Counted from the first letter of the stretch, positions 1 to 9,678 are shown. The stretch is DNA of 29,423 nt from a virus (IMGVR_UViG_3300044477_000065:1-29423), one strand, 5' to 3'. Numbers and translations are program-made. The notes: generated by a model not told the origin, from the letters alone.

Positions 1-1755
1 TTTTTTGTAGGTATCATTCCCCATGCCGGTAATGCTGAGGAGGTTTGCATTGTTCGTGAGAATCGAATTGACCTTCTTTCCGACATCACCTTTCCCGCTC
101 GCTCCCGATCCGTCAATGATGTCTCCGAAAAGCGTATCGAGACGATTACGCGCCGTGACCATTGCGGTTGCGTTCAATGGATCGTATGGGTCCTTCGTCT
201 TGTCGCCGCTTGCAAGATTGTCTTTCGTTCGCTGGAAGACCTTTGTATCCGCGCTATTGATCTCGACGGTCTTGGCCTGGATAGCCGCACCGCCGGTCAA
301 AAAGTCGGCGAAGTTGGCCGTAGCACCAAGGACCATGTTTTTAACGTCGAGGGCTTCAGCGCCTACCTTGCGGACATCGTTCGTGATTCGTTCTTGGTTT
401 CCAACGTACTGAGATTCGGCAGTACCGGCGATTGCTCCTCCTGGAGCACTACCAAGAATGGCACCGACATCGGCCCCGTCTTTTGACGAGTACAGGCGTT
501 CGGCCATCGTAAGGTTCACACCGAAGGCTTTGCTGATGAGGCGAATCTGATCGTCGCGCGATCCACCAGAGATACTTCCCTTGAATTTCTTGAAGAGCTC
601 AGGATTGAAGCCCTTTTCGAGTTCCATTTGGATATCGACCGCCGAGGCGTTTTCACCGAGCTTGTCACGCGCGGCGCGGTAAAGAAGAAGATCGGTTTCC
701 GAGCGCAAACCCGAGGCACCGACAACGCTTCCATTCATTCTTGAATAAACTTCAGCCCCTCGCCGCCCTCCCGCGACTTCACCGAACACGTTGTAAAGGA
801 AATTTTGAGATCGGGATATCTCGCCGAATCCCTTGACGATTCCTTCAGAGAGGCCGTCCTCAAACATCGAGGTCATGGCGGTCATGTATTCGCTGATCCT
901 CGGTGAGCCGACAGTTGCACCGGCTCCACCTGCCGCGTATTTGAGCGCGTTAAGCCCGCCCTTACCAAACCGCGAAGCGGTTCCGTAGAGCTCCGTGAAT
1001 TCGCTTGGGATGTTTTGAAATCCATACCCCTTCGCGAAGCCCATGACGCCGGACGCACCGCTCATGGCGTCGGTTGCGCCGAGCCGAGCAAGTTGCTCTA
1101 CAACCGCCGCGCCCTGCTGGAATGTATACCCGTAGCCTGACGCGCTTACGGAGATTTCACTCATTGTTGTACGGAATAATTTAGACTGTTCGTCGGCCGT
1201 TGAAGCGAACCGCTTGAGAGCCGCCGTACTCGACATAACCGCCGGGACGACTGACTCGTACTGCTTTGACAGCTCGTTTCCTATCGCGAGCCCGCCGACG
1301 GTTAGTGCGCCAGCACCGAGCGCAACCTTACCCATCGCGGGCATTTGATTCCATTTTTCGCCGATCTTGTCGATGATGCTTTCACCGGCACCAACGACAG
1401 CGCCGCCAGCGTCGCGGGAAAGACCGCCGACGGCGTTTTTCATCGTTCGTTCAAACTTGAAAACGTCGCTACCGGGAAACGGGATTACTTTCCCGCGTTG
1501 TTCTGTTCCTTGACTTGATCCCCCGACTCCCGGAGCGGAACCCCGCTTCTCAATCATCGTGAAGCGGTCCATCATCAGAGAGGCTTTTTCAATTCCGCTA
1601 TTGTACTCATCCCAGAACTGCTCGACCTTTTCGGGATCGGTAATGCCGAGGACGCTACTTACTTTTTCTGCGAATTTATCGAAATCTTGGGCGGCGTTTC
1701 TCAGGCTATCAGTTTGGGCGTCTACTCGTAAACCAATGCCAATCTCACTACCCAT
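1..1755 (-). CDS. Tail tape measure protein, N-terminal part (runs off the left edge of the window)
   Basis: Absent from the ORF track because its stop lies outside the window. ATG at 1755 has AAGGAG 7 nt upstream. It reads MGSEIGIGLRVDAQTDSLRNAAQDFDKFAEKV..., and the same frame is open at base 1 (...MGNDTYKK). Ala/Gly-rich helical sequence, directly downstream of the tube and chaperone genes. Confidence 0.8.
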   Translation of the reverse strand, partial: MGSEIGIGLRVDAQTDSLRNAAQDFDKFAEKVSSVLGITDPEKVEQFWDEYNSGIEKASLMMDRFTMIEKRGSAPGVGGSSQGTEQRGKVIPFPGSDVFKFERTMKNAVGGLSRDAGGAVVGAGESIIDKIGEKWNQMPAMGKVALGAGALTVGGLAIGNELSKQYESVVPAVMSSTAALKRFASTADEQSKLFRTTMSEISVSASGYGYTFQQGAAVVEQLARLGATDAMSGASGVMGFAKGYGFQNIPSEFTELYGTASRFGKGGLNALKYAAGGAGATVGSPRISEYMTAMTSMFEDGLSEGIVKGFGEISRSQNFLYNVFGEVAGGRRGAEVYSRMNGSVVGASGLRSETDLLLYRAARDKLGENASAVDIQMELEKGFNPELFKKFKGSISGGSRDDQIRLISKAFGVNLTMAERLYSSKDGADVGAILGSAPGGAIAGTAESQYVGNQERITNDVRKVGAEALDVKNMVLGATANFADFLTGGAAIQAKTVEINSADTKVFQRTKDNLASGDKTKDPYDPLNATAMVTARNRLDTLFGDIIDGSGASGKGDVGKKVNSILTNNANLLSITGMGNDTYKK

Positions 1756-2077
1756 TTCCGATCTCCTTTTTTATCGCCGCGATATCGTCATCGCTATACC
1801 CAAGATCGCGAAGAGCTTCCTCTTCCTTTTCCTTAATGGGCGCTTTTTCTTTCTTGCTGGCCCAGTATTCGCGTTTTACATAGTCATCGGGAAGCGAGTG
1901 TAGCCAGCTTCCGTACAGAAGACTCACCTGGCTCTCGCTGAGTTTTACGAAACGCTCGTCCGTGGGAAGAACACGGAAGTGTTCTATCACCCACAGGCGG
2001 GCATTCGTTGTAGGCTTGATGTCACTCCAGAGCGTGTCCTGATCCAGACTCTCCAATCTTGTCTCGAATTTCGACAC
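1748..2077 (-). CDS. Tail assembly chaperone, second (gpT-like) segment; made by +1 frameshift from the upstream chaperone or from GTG at 2077
   Basis: 3' part of ORF 1748..2377. The motif ARLWVIEHFRVLPTDERFVKLSESQVSLL resembles the pre-tape-measure ORF of Twort/SPO1-like phages. It overlaps the upstream chaperone in the +1 frame. Confidence 0.7.
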   Translation of the reverse strand: MSKFETRLESLDQDTLWSDIKPTTNARLWVIEHFRVLPTDERFVKLSESQVSLLYGSWLHSLPDDYVKREYWASKKEKAPIKEKEEEALRDLGYSDDDIAAIKKEIGNG

Positions 2078-2513
2078 AAAAGGATGACCCCCTTGTGTAC
2101 AGGTCTTCGACGACAGACTGATCCGGGCAGTCCGCCCAGCTTTCCATCTTCTTGAAACGGTCGGGCGTGCCAACGATGAGAATGTCGAGCGTGGACCACA
2201 TCTCGAACTGAAAGAGCCTTGCAGGATCGAAGGAGGCGTTCGGAAGTCCGCCAAGGTATTCGGCGCGGCGTCGTGCAATACGAATGCGGTCCTGACCCGA
2301 AGGGTACTTGAACTTGAAGGCACCGTACTTGTTTTCAAACGTCGTTTCGATTTCCTTGCCCGAAAGCAGCGTGTCAATGATGTCGATGTCCTCGACCGTC
2401 ACCTCTTTTGCTTTCTCGTCGGTTTTTTCCGAATCCTTCTTCTCCTCGACCTTTCGATCCCTTACGAAGAAGCTGGAAAGGGGTCCCTTTTTCTTGTTCT
2501 CATCGTTAGCCAT
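2022..2513 (-). CDS. Tail assembly chaperone (gpG-like)
   Basis: 163 aa, located between the tube and tape measure genes; YGAFKFKYPS..DRIRIARRRAEYLGG motif; overlaps a downstream ORF in another frame. Confidence 0.7.
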   Translation of the reverse strand: MANDENKKKGPLSSFFVRDRKVEEKKDSEKTDEKAKEVTVEDIDIIDTLLSGKEIETTFENKYGAFKFKYPSGQDRIRIARRRAEYLGGLPNASFDPARLFQFEMWSTLDILIVGTPDRFKKMESWADCPDQSVVEDLYTRGSSFCVEIRDKIGESGSGHALE

Positions 2514-2538
2514 TTTTCCCGTCCTTTATCGCGAAGTT

Positions 2539-3021
2539 TTACAGGGTCCGCTCGATTGCTTGGAGCCCGATGTTGTTGGTGATGTACGCGTTCGGATTGA
2601 TACGCGCACCGTCGCTTTCGATGACGACATGATTGAAGGCGGTGAGCACCGTCCCGGTAGCCTTGTTGTAGAAGTCCATGTACTCGAAGGTCTTCCCCTT
2701 GCCGTTGAGCATGACATCGCTCCTGGTCGGAAGGAGATCGGAGAGCGTCGTGTCTCCTCCGTCGGCGTACTGGCCTCCCTGCTCCTTCTTCTCGGGAACG
2801 AAAGTTCCGATCTGGATGGTGCAACGATAGGACTGCGAATCGAGCGAGACCGCGCCAAGGTTTCCGATGACGTTCGCTTGCTGGATTCCGAAGTCCTCAT
2901 TGTAGCTTGCATCCGTCGCAAGCCCAATAACCTTGAGCGGGTCGCTGGACTTCTCGCGCACGCGAACCGACGCCCACGCACCGGAAGCAATAATCTTTTT
3001 ATCTGCGGTAGGTAAAGGCAT
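2539..3021 (-). CDS. Tail tube protein
   Basis: 160 aa, beta-rich, immediately after the sheath. IGLATDASYNEDFGIQQANVIG motif is typical of myophage tubes. GGGGGA RBS. Confidence 0.85.
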   Translation of the reverse strand: MPLPTADKKIIASGAWASVRVREKSSDPLKVIGLATDASYNEDFGIQQANVIGNLGAVSLDSQSYRCTIQIGTFVPEKKEQGGQYADGGDTTLSDLLPTRSDVMLNGKGKTFEYMDFYNKATGTVLTAFNHVVIESDGARINPNAYITNNIGLQAIERTL

Positions 3022-3036
3022 TTCTTATCCCCCTTG

Positions 3037-4764
3037 TTATATTGCCACGGTCTGCGTCAGAACGTGCAGATTCGCGGTTCCGAAGATGAAGTTGCGCGGC
3101 GCGGTGAGGTAGGTGTGATACGAAACCATAACCGCGTCCCCGTTCTCGGAGATTACGATTCCCCAAATGAGGTCCTTGTCCGCACCCTTGACGATAAGGC
3201 CGAGGTTGTTCCACTCCTTGCCCTTGGAGATGAGCACGGATTTCGCCGTACCCGCGTCCACGGCGGTCTGCGGGCGGCCGACATCGCCACGGAACGCCGC
3301 GCGGAAGTCGCGTGAGATGTAAAGCGACTCGCGAACCATCGACCGTTCGTTTTTCTGGAGCAACGATCCTTGAAAGGTCGTAACCCCGCGAACGGTAACG
3401 AGATTCCCGTCGTCGCTTTTCGCGCCGACCGTAACACCGGCCTGGATAAGCTTTTCGATCTCGGTCTTGGTGAGCGTCTTCCCCCACGAGAGGACGGCCA
3501 TTTCCTTGTTCGTGACCGGCTCATTGACCGCGACCGACGCCTCAAGCCCGAGGAGCTTGCACGCATAGAGCGCGGGAGAGCAGTCTTCGACGCCGAGGCC
3601 GGTATTGATGAGGTTGTACTGCTTGAAGGACGGGTACGCGAGGTTGACGAGCTCGGAATTGAGCTGTTTCGAGCGGACGATGGTTGCATCGACCGTCTCG
3701 CCCGTCGCGCCACCTACCCACGCCTGACGCTCGCGCTTGCCCTCGACGGAAGCCATCCGCTTGCAATGATCCTGGATAAGGACATGGATCGCGGCGTCGG
3801 TCGAGGTCGTCGCGATGATCTGGACGTTCTCGCTTTCGAGTTCCACGAGGGCGTTCGCGTATGCGGTCGCATCGGCGGTTCCGTTCGCGCCGCCCGTGAA
3901 GTACACCCACGCGGCATCGTTCGTCGGAACCTTTCGCACGGTTCCGTTGGACGGGTATTCCGCCTTGCCGATGTACGAGGACCGCTTGAAGGTGTCGATG
4001 ATCGCCTGAAGATCGGACTTGACCACAAACGCGCTCGCCTTGATGTCGGCACCCGCATAGTGATCGAGCTGGCTCGCGAGCTCGCTTCCGTCTCCGGTAA
4101 GAAGAACCGCCTGGAAGTCCGCCTGGTCGTTGATGTAGTTGACGATATCGTCGATGGTCGGGAAGGATGCAAAGGGGACATTGAGGGCTTCCGCCGCATC
4201 GACGGTCACGACGATCCCGGTTCCGGAGACTGCCATCGAAGCGGCGGCCCCCGTTCCGGTATACTGGACGCTGAGGGACTGCTTTTCGATGTTGTCGAAT
4301 TCCTCGGGAGTGTTCGTTCCGTACTGAATGCTGAGTTTGTGAGTTCCCGAGACCGTTCCGTCGGTGAGCTTGCGCTTGACCTGGTTTCCGTGAAGTCCCC
4401 AGTCCCACGCCTCAAGGTCGATCACGTTGTACCCGCCGTTCTTCATGACGGAAGAGGAGCGCGTACCGACGTTCACGCGCATGAATCCGATCCGCTGAGG
4501 AGTATACCCGCTCCCCGGATCGAAGGCGTGAAGAACACCCTTGAGGCCGATTCCATCAATAAGCATTGCGCGAGCCTCAGCGGGCGAACTGAAGTACACC
4601 AGCCGTTTCGGTTCGCCGCCCTTGGACTCGCCAAGGATCACCGCGTTGTTCGCGGATACGCCGCCGCCGCTTTGCTTTTCGTAGTTGTTCCGGGTATACA
4701 CACCCGGTATCAGGTGCTCGGTCCGCTGTCCGGCGGACTCAAACACTACACGATCTGAACCCAT
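3037..4764 (-). CDS. Contractile tail sheath protein
   Basis: 575 aa. Sheath hallmarks: N-terminal PGVY, ILGESKGGEP, FTGGANGT, HVLIQDHCKRMASVEGKRER, EIEKLIQAGV..VRGVTT. AGGAGG RBS. Confidence 0.93.
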   Translation of the reverse strand: MGSDRVVFESAGQRTEHLIPGVYTRNNYEKQSGGGVSANNAVILGESKGGEPKRLVYFSSPAEARAMLIDGIGLKGVLHAFDPGSGYTPQRIGFMRVNVGTRSSSVMKNGGYNVIDLEAWDWGLHGNQVKRKLTDGTVSGTHKLSIQYGTNTPEEFDNIEKQSLSVQYTGTGAAASMAVSGTGIVVTVDAAEALNVPFASFPTIDDIVNYINDQADFQAVLLTGDGSELASQLDHYAGADIKASAFVVKSDLQAIIDTFKRSSYIGKAEYPSNGTVRKVPTNDAAWVYFTGGANGTADATAYANALVELESENVQIIATTSTDAAIHVLIQDHCKRMASVEGKRERQAWVGGATGETVDATIVRSKQLNSELVNLAYPSFKQYNLINTGLGVEDCSPALYACKLLGLEASVAVNEPVTNKEMAVLSWGKTLTKTEIEKLIQAGVTVGAKSDDGNLVTVRGVTTFQGSLLQKNERSMVRESLYISRDFRAAFRGDVGRPQTAVDAGTAKSVLISKGKEWNNLGLIVKGADKDLIWGIVISENGDAVMVSYHTYLTAPRNFIFGTANLHVLTQTVAI

Positions 4765-4779
4765 TGGTCGCCTCCTGTT

Positions 4780-4968
4780 TTATATTGCCTGACGAGTAAG
4801 CCGCTTTTCGATGGTGGTTTTCCACTCATCGGCCGTCTTGGTTTGTCCACGGTAAATCACGCAGAGCATCGTCCGGATCGACGGCATAAGGTCATCGCGA
4901 TCCTGAAGATACTTTTCTATGATAACCTTGACCCCGGAGCTTGCGCTCTCTTCTTTGTTTTTAGCCAT
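4780..4968 (-). CDS. Small hypothetical protein upstream of the sheath
   Basis: 62 aa; AGGAGG RBS; overlaps the stop of the upstream gene. Confidence 0.75.
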   Translation of the reverse strand: MAKNKEESASSGVKVIIEKYLQDRDDLMPSIRTMLCVIYRGQTKTADEWKTTIEKRLTRQAI

Positions 4969-5650
4969 TGATTACCTCCTGGTAAGAATGTTGTATTTCG
5001 GCTAGGGAAGAGATATCGGTATCATAGACCGCTTGCATGATCGGATAGTCAACCGACACTTCTATTCGACCACCGTACAGTGTTTTTCCGAAGTCAATGT
5101 TGTAGTAGCCCGATCTTTGCCCTCTTATTGTGTTTGAGTGTATCACAATATCGTGCTTCTGATGAAGCCCTATTATTTGCGGGCCAGAGAGATACGCCAA
5201 CACAAGACTAAAGATGTCGTTTTTCACCTGGATGTTCTCGGTCCAGATTTCAAACGAAACGCTGTCGCGCCACATTGTTGAGTGCATTAGCCCGTGTATC
5301 TGATCCTTGGTTTGAAAAGCGGTGTTGAGCTCGACAAGGGCGGTCTCCGAAAGAATCCATTCCTCCGGCTTCATACCGATAATGTCCGCCTTCTCAAGGC
5401 TCGTGATCTTCCACCCTTTCGACATCCCCTGAACCTCACCGTCGTTTGCCGAAACAATCGTAATCGACGGGAGGATCGTGAAGTCCGGCTCTCCGGATGC
5501 AAGAAGCCGCTCGAAAGGATGGTCATTCGAGACGCCGAGATTCTTGTGATTCGGATACTGTTCCTTGAAACGGATCAACCCGAGGTATTCCCGCAAATCC
5601 TTGACGAGGAGGTCTTCTATTACAGGTACTTTTGTCAGTATGTATTTCAT
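4961..5650 (-). CDS. Putative tail terminator/tail completion protein
   Basis: 229 aa; position before the sheath; LPSITIV and SVSFEIWTEN..KNDIFSLV patterns fit tail terminators; ATGA overlap with the upstream gene. Confidence 0.6.
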   Translation of the reverse strand: MKYILTKVPVIEDLLVKDLREYLGLIRFKEQYPNHKNLGVSNDHPFERLLASGEPDFTILPSITIVSANDGEVQGMSKGWKITSLEKADIIGMKPEEWILSETALVELNTAFQTKDQIHGLMHSTMWRDSVSFEIWTENIQVKNDIFSLVLAYLSGPQIIGLHQKHDIVIHSNTIRGQRSGYYNIDFGKTLYGGRIEVSVDYPIMQAVYDTDISSLAEIQHSYQEVING

Positions 5651-6519
5651 GCCTTCATGTTCTCCATATCCGCCTTGAATCCGTCCGCGATCATCGTGTT
5701 CACCTTACCCTTCATGGCTTCCGCCGTCTGTTCCGCAATCTTCAACGCTTTTTGCGCGGGCTTAATCCATGCGCTTGCGGGGGAATCGGCAGATATCACC
5801 CTGAAGGTAAAGTACGTTGATTGTTGCCGACCGCGTTTATCCTTTCCGGCGTCCATCGCGACAAGCCCTTCGATATTTCCGCCGACGCCAAGGAGCGCCG
5901 ACCCCCATTGATAGGTGTTCCTGCTTTGCGACTCTCCCCAGAAATTCGGGCTTTTGTTTTTACCGTCAAGAACGATTGATCGCTTGAACATGGGAGACTT
6001 ATCCATGTATTTCGCGGTCAGCATCTTGTAAATCTGATCCGGGATGACGTTCTTTGCTCCCATGTGAGCGCCGCTATTCGGAGTAGACCAACGAAACGGG
6101 ATGATGAGATACGGAACGTATCGGAATCCTCCGCCCTGGCTCTTGGGAATCTTTTTTTTCGCAACACGGCCGCGCGTCCCGTAAGGGTGAGTCTCTTTCA
6201 TGTCGAGCTCGCTCGTTCCGTTTTCAAGCCACTCGGCAACGCTCGCCTTGCTTGAGATGGTGTAATCCCAAAAACCGTTCTGACGGGTATTGATGCTTGC
6301 GGCGTAACCTCCCGAGCTGTTTTTTATCCGGTCTCCACTCGGAAGCGTTTCTCCTGAAGCGTAGGATTTCCATTGTGACTCGATTGCGTAAGCCCCGCCC
6401 TTGACAGCTTGAGCACCTTGAGGAAAAAGCACCGATATCGGGTAGTTTTGTTGGAACTGCCGGATTCGACCGATGAGCGTCGCGAGGCTTTCATCGACTT
6501 CGGCTTGTATCATTATCAT
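5647..6519 (-). CDS. Neck/tail completion protein (Ne1-like)
   Basis: 290 aa; YLIIPFRWSTP and STYFTFRVISADSPASAWIKP resemble the Twort/SPO1-like neck gene at this position. Confidence 0.65.
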   Translation of the reverse strand: MIMIQAEVDESLATLIGRIRQFQQNYPISVLFPQGAQAVKGGAYAIESQWKSYASGETLPSGDRIKNSSGGYAASINTRQNGFWDYTISSKASVAEWLENGTSELDMKETHPYGTRGRVAKKKIPKSQGGGFRYVPYLIIPFRWSTPNSGAHMGAKNVIPDQIYKMLTAKYMDKSPMFKRSIVLDGKNKSPNFWGESQSRNTYQWGSALLGVGGNIEGLVAMDAGKDKRGRQQSTYFTFRVISADSPASAWIKPAQKALKIAEQTAEAMKGKVNTMIADGFKADMENMKA

Positions 6520-7655
6520 ACTTTTTCCGTCCCACTTAATCCTGCTTCAAGTTTTACGGCAACCCTGGAGGGGAATCGCTTGTTTTCAGCCGACCGGATG
6601 TTCGGCATTTGCTGGATCACACGATACGTCGCGTTTGCCATGTACTCGACAGAATAGTACGAGTCAGCAGCGGGCCGCTCGCCCTCGGGTATAAGCCAGC
6701 GAATCGCATTGCGATCCCAGAGAACGTAATCGACGCCCTCCTCGTACACGCGGGAGCTCGTCGAAAGCTGAAGCACCTCGGATACGAACAGATCGGGGAG
6801 CGTTTCGATGTCGTCATCGGTTTTCCTGAGAACGCGCTTCCTTACCTGAGATGAAGCCCACACGGTAATTGTATCCTGTTCGGACACCTTGTACGCGAAC
6901 GGGAATATCGCCACGGAATCCCCGCCGACAGTTTGCAGGAAGTTTCGTTCCGATTCGGAAAGGTTTTGATTGAGGATCGCGATTTTATACGGAGGCATAT
7001 ACTCGGCATCGATGATAAGCCGCTCGCCAATCGCCGGTTCATTCGCCGCCGTGTCGATCATGATTTTATTCAGTGACCATGAAAGAACGGTGAGTCGCGA
7101 TCCATTCGAGCGCCTTACCGAATCGATCTTCGTGATATCGAAAGGAACCTTCATCCATGCGTTTTCATTGTCGGTCCCTTCAACACGAATTATTCCGCTT
7201 CCTCGGTAAACCGCTGTATCAGCCGGGATCGGTTTCGCTCTTGGCTTCCTGAGAGCGACGTAGACCGTTTGCGTTCTCGAAAGGGATACGCCGCTCACCT
7301 TGATCCATTTCCCGTACACACCAACGACTTGCACCGCGCCGCCAGCGGGGAGCCTAACGGAAAGCACGTCCATTTCCTTCACGGAATAAGGCATCTCGAT
7401 AGTCGTCGCGTCAACGGCGACGCCCTCGACCTCAAGATCATCCTCGGTGTCTTGGAAGCTGTATTTCCATCCCGTACCCCGACAGATCGTACACCTCGGG
7501 TTTGGGCGGTTGTTTTCGAGAATGCAAGTACATTTCCGCGCAACCGACCATCGAACCCATTGCCCGTGCCGGATGATGAGTCCTTCAAACTTCTGCGGGT
7601 CTGTCGTTATGGGGATTGGAGAGTTTCGCCCTATTCCTACCGTAAAAGCCATCAC
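6516..7655 (-). CDS. Head closure/stopper neck protein with a Zn-binding motif
   Basis: 379 aa; WSVARKCTC..PNPRCTICRGTGW (CxC...CxxC) matches Herelleviridae-like neck proteins; synteny agrees. Confidence 0.7.
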   Translation of the reverse strand: MMAFTVGIGRNSPIPITTDPQKFEGLIIRHGQWVRWSVARKCTCILENNRPNPRCTICRGTGWKYSFQDTEDDLEVEGVAVDATTIEMPYSVKEMDVLSVRLPAGGAVQVVGVYGKWIKVSGVSLSRTQTVYVALRKPRAKPIPADTAVYRGSGIIRVEGTDNENAWMKVPFDITKIDSVRRSNGSRLTVLSWSLNKIMIDTAANEPAIGERLIIDAEYMPPYKIAILNQNLSESERNFLQTVGGDSVAIFPFAYKVSEQDTITVWASSQVRKRVLRKTDDDIETLPDLFVSEVLQLSTSSRVYEEGVDYVLWDRNAIRWLIPEGERPAADSYYSVEYMANATYRVIQQMPNIRSAENKRFPSRVAVKLEAGLSGTEKV

Positions 7656-8281
7656 GCCACCTCTTCCCAGAAAGCGTGCTCTTTCTTCCCACCGACATCG
7701 AGTATCGGGAAACCACGCTTTGAAAACTCGGTGATAACCGCGTCCTTCCCGCGATACTTCACCACGTCGCCGGGTTTCTTCTTGAGCATCGCCTTTTTGC
7801 GGTTGTTGATCTGCTTGATCGTGCGATCCATTTTCTCGTTATACTCTTCCTGCCATTCCTCGCGGTAATCCGGATTGTCTTTGAATTTCTTTAAATACCA
7901 AACCGTGTCGAGATCGGCCTTCACATCGAGCTCTTTCGTGTCGCGATCCCAAGGATAGTTCTGGTACTTGTACTCGAATTTCGTGGCAAGCTCCGGGTCA
8001 AGCTCGCGAACCTTGTCGATGAGGGGCTTTACCACGGCGTCATTGATCCCTTGATCGACGTGATCGTGATACCCTCGACTTCCGCTCGTAGACTCCTTTC
8101 CGCCGGTCTCGGAGTCAAAAAGGTTTTGTTGTTTCGCGTCCTCGGGAAGCACCCAATACGTCGTCATCTTGCCGGTAGAGTCCTGTTTCTTTACCGGGAC
8201 GAGGCGGGAGTAATCCTTTGCGGTTAACGCCTTTTCGAGCGAGTCGATGCTTTTTGCCAGACGGTCAGAGGCGTGAATCAT
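7652..8281 (-). CDS. Hypothetical protein with the shared N-terminal tag and a C-terminal SH3/KOW-like barrel; candidate internal virion protein
   Basis: 209 aa, GTG start, 4-nt overlaps on both sides. N-terminus LAKS..LEKA..RLVPVKKQDSTGKMTTYWVLPEDAKQQNLFD; C-terminus KPGDVVKYRGKDAVITEFSKRG. Confidence 0.7.
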   Translation of the reverse strand: MIHASDRLAKSIDSLEKALTAKDYSRLVPVKKQDSTGKMTTYWVLPEDAKQQNLFDSETGGKESTSGSRGYHDHVDQGINDAVVKPLIDKVRELDPELATKFEYKYQNYPWDRDTKELDVKADLDTVWYLKKFKDNPDYREEWQEEYNEKMDRTIKQINNRKKAMLKKKPGDVVKYRGKDAVITEFSKRGFPILDVGGKKEHAFWEEVA

Positions 8282-9669
8282 ATCGACCCCAGCGTAAGCG
8301 TCTTGTACTTGTTCCTGTTCGCCTTGATGAAGGCCTCGATATCCTTGAGGTAAACGCCAATCCTCGCGCCGTAATAGGCGTTTGTTGCCGACTGCGTAGT
8401 GCTGATCGACTCGGAAAGTCCGTCCATCGAAAGGCTTGAAGAAGCGAATCCCGAGATGAGGCCATCACCGATGATGTTCAAGAGCTTGCACGCGGCAGCC
8501 TTGCCGATGATCTCGCGAAGCTCAGGCGGGACTTTCGCGGCGCTCGCGTAACCGGCGGTGTACGATACCCGGTAAGCGTGCGGATAATCGCGCGTGGCGA
8601 GGTAATTCGTCGAGAGGAACGCCGGGGAGACCCGCATAACGCCCGCCGGTCCAGACTTGGGATAAAAATGCACTACGCCCTTGCTATGATCCACCCTGAG
8701 CCAATCCTTGAGGTCGATGATCTTCTGGCCGGTAATCGTCCAAAGCGATATGTCCTCGACCGAAATGATCGGGCGACGGCGAAGATTTATCCTTCCGCCA
8801 GCGTTCCAGTGATGGCGATGGTACGCGTAAGGGTCCTCGAATTCGTCATACTGCGATCCTTCGACGTAATCATCCTGGCACACGATCTTTCGCTTGAGGA
8901 TCGTGAGGTTGAGGGCGAGCTCGAATTCACGGACGGCGGAATTGATATGGAACCGGATTTGATCGTCCGTGAACTCCTCTCCACGCGACGATGTAAACGG
9001 AACACCCCAAAGGAAGGTGTAACGAAGATCATCGGCGGCAAGCACCTCGCCGAATTCTCCTTCAGGTATTGAGTAATTTGCAAACGACCAGCCGATCTTT
9101 CCGGTTTGCGCGGGTCCCGCGATACGAACCCAATCGGATTCATACCAATCGGAATATCCTATTGATCCAGTAACTACTTCGAGACGAGCGCGAACGCGAT
9201 ATTGATAAAGACCGGGCAGAACGTCGTAATCAGAGAATCGATTCATCATTATCGCGCTTGCAACGCCGCCCCACGCCGACCCGCTCCAGTCTTGCCAGTC
9301 GCCGGTACTCACCTTTCGCTCGATCTCGTATCCGGCAAAAAATGATTGCGTAGTAAGATCGGTGAGCGAAAGAATATTGTCACTTCCAATCTGCTTCACG
9401 GATACTTCTATATCCGTCGGACTTACGTTTTCGGCAACACTCCACTCAGCATACAAGACAAGATCAGCGGCCGCCATAGTGATAGAGTCTCCAGGACGGT
9501 AATTCGTTCCGCTTCCATCGGCAGCGGTATTCCATCCAACAAACACCGATCCATCATGGAAAAGACTACCGGAATTCGTCAGTATTATCGCCGAGTCTCC
9601 GGGATTATATGTATTGCTATCTACAGGCACGACGCCTGAAGTTGCACCGTTAGCATTGTAGACAAGCAT
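8278..9669 (-). CDS. Head-tail adaptor (neck) protein with N-terminal Listeria-Bacteroides (InlB B/Flg_new) repeat and FN3-like domains
   Basis: ATG at 9669 with GAGGTG RBS. LVYNANG..FVGWNTAADGSGTNY..LVLYAEW is a Flg_new repeat. GYEIER..YQYRVRA..YSDW is FN3-like. The C-terminal INLRRRPIISVE, YRVSYTAGY and SLSMDGLSESISTTQSA match the Twort-like adaptor. Confidence 0.8.
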   Translation of the reverse strand: MLVYNANGATSGVVPVDSNTYNPGDSAIILTNSGSLFHDGSVFVGWNTAADGSGTNYRPGDSITMAAADLVLYAEWSVAENVSPTDIEVSVKQIGSDNILSLTDLTTQSFFAGYEIERKVSTGDWQDWSGSAWGGVASAIMMNRFSDYDVLPGLYQYRVRARLEVVTGSIGYSDWYESDWVRIAGPAQTGKIGWSFANYSIPEGEFGEVLAADDLRYTFLWGVPFTSSRGEEFTDDQIRFHINSAVREFELALNLTILKRKIVCQDDYVEGSQYDEFEDPYAYHRHHWNAGGRINLRRRPIISVEDISLWTITGQKIIDLKDWLRVDHSKGVVHFYPKSGPAGVMRVSPAFLSTNYLATRDYPHAYRVSYTAGYASAAKVPPELREIIGKAAACKLLNIIGDGLISGFASSSLSMDGLSESISTTQSATNAYYGARIGVYLKDIEAFIKANRNKYKTLTLGSI

Positions 9670-9678
9670 TTTCACCTC

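Noticed and set aside
2078-2377. N-terminal 100 aa of ORF 1748..2377
   Set aside because: Off-frame overlap with the chaperone gene; only the part from ~2077 looks like real protein.
3370-4758. 462-aa plus-strand ORF opposite the sheath gene
   Set aside because: Antisense shadow caused by biased codon usage in a GC-rich gene; no recognisable motifs.
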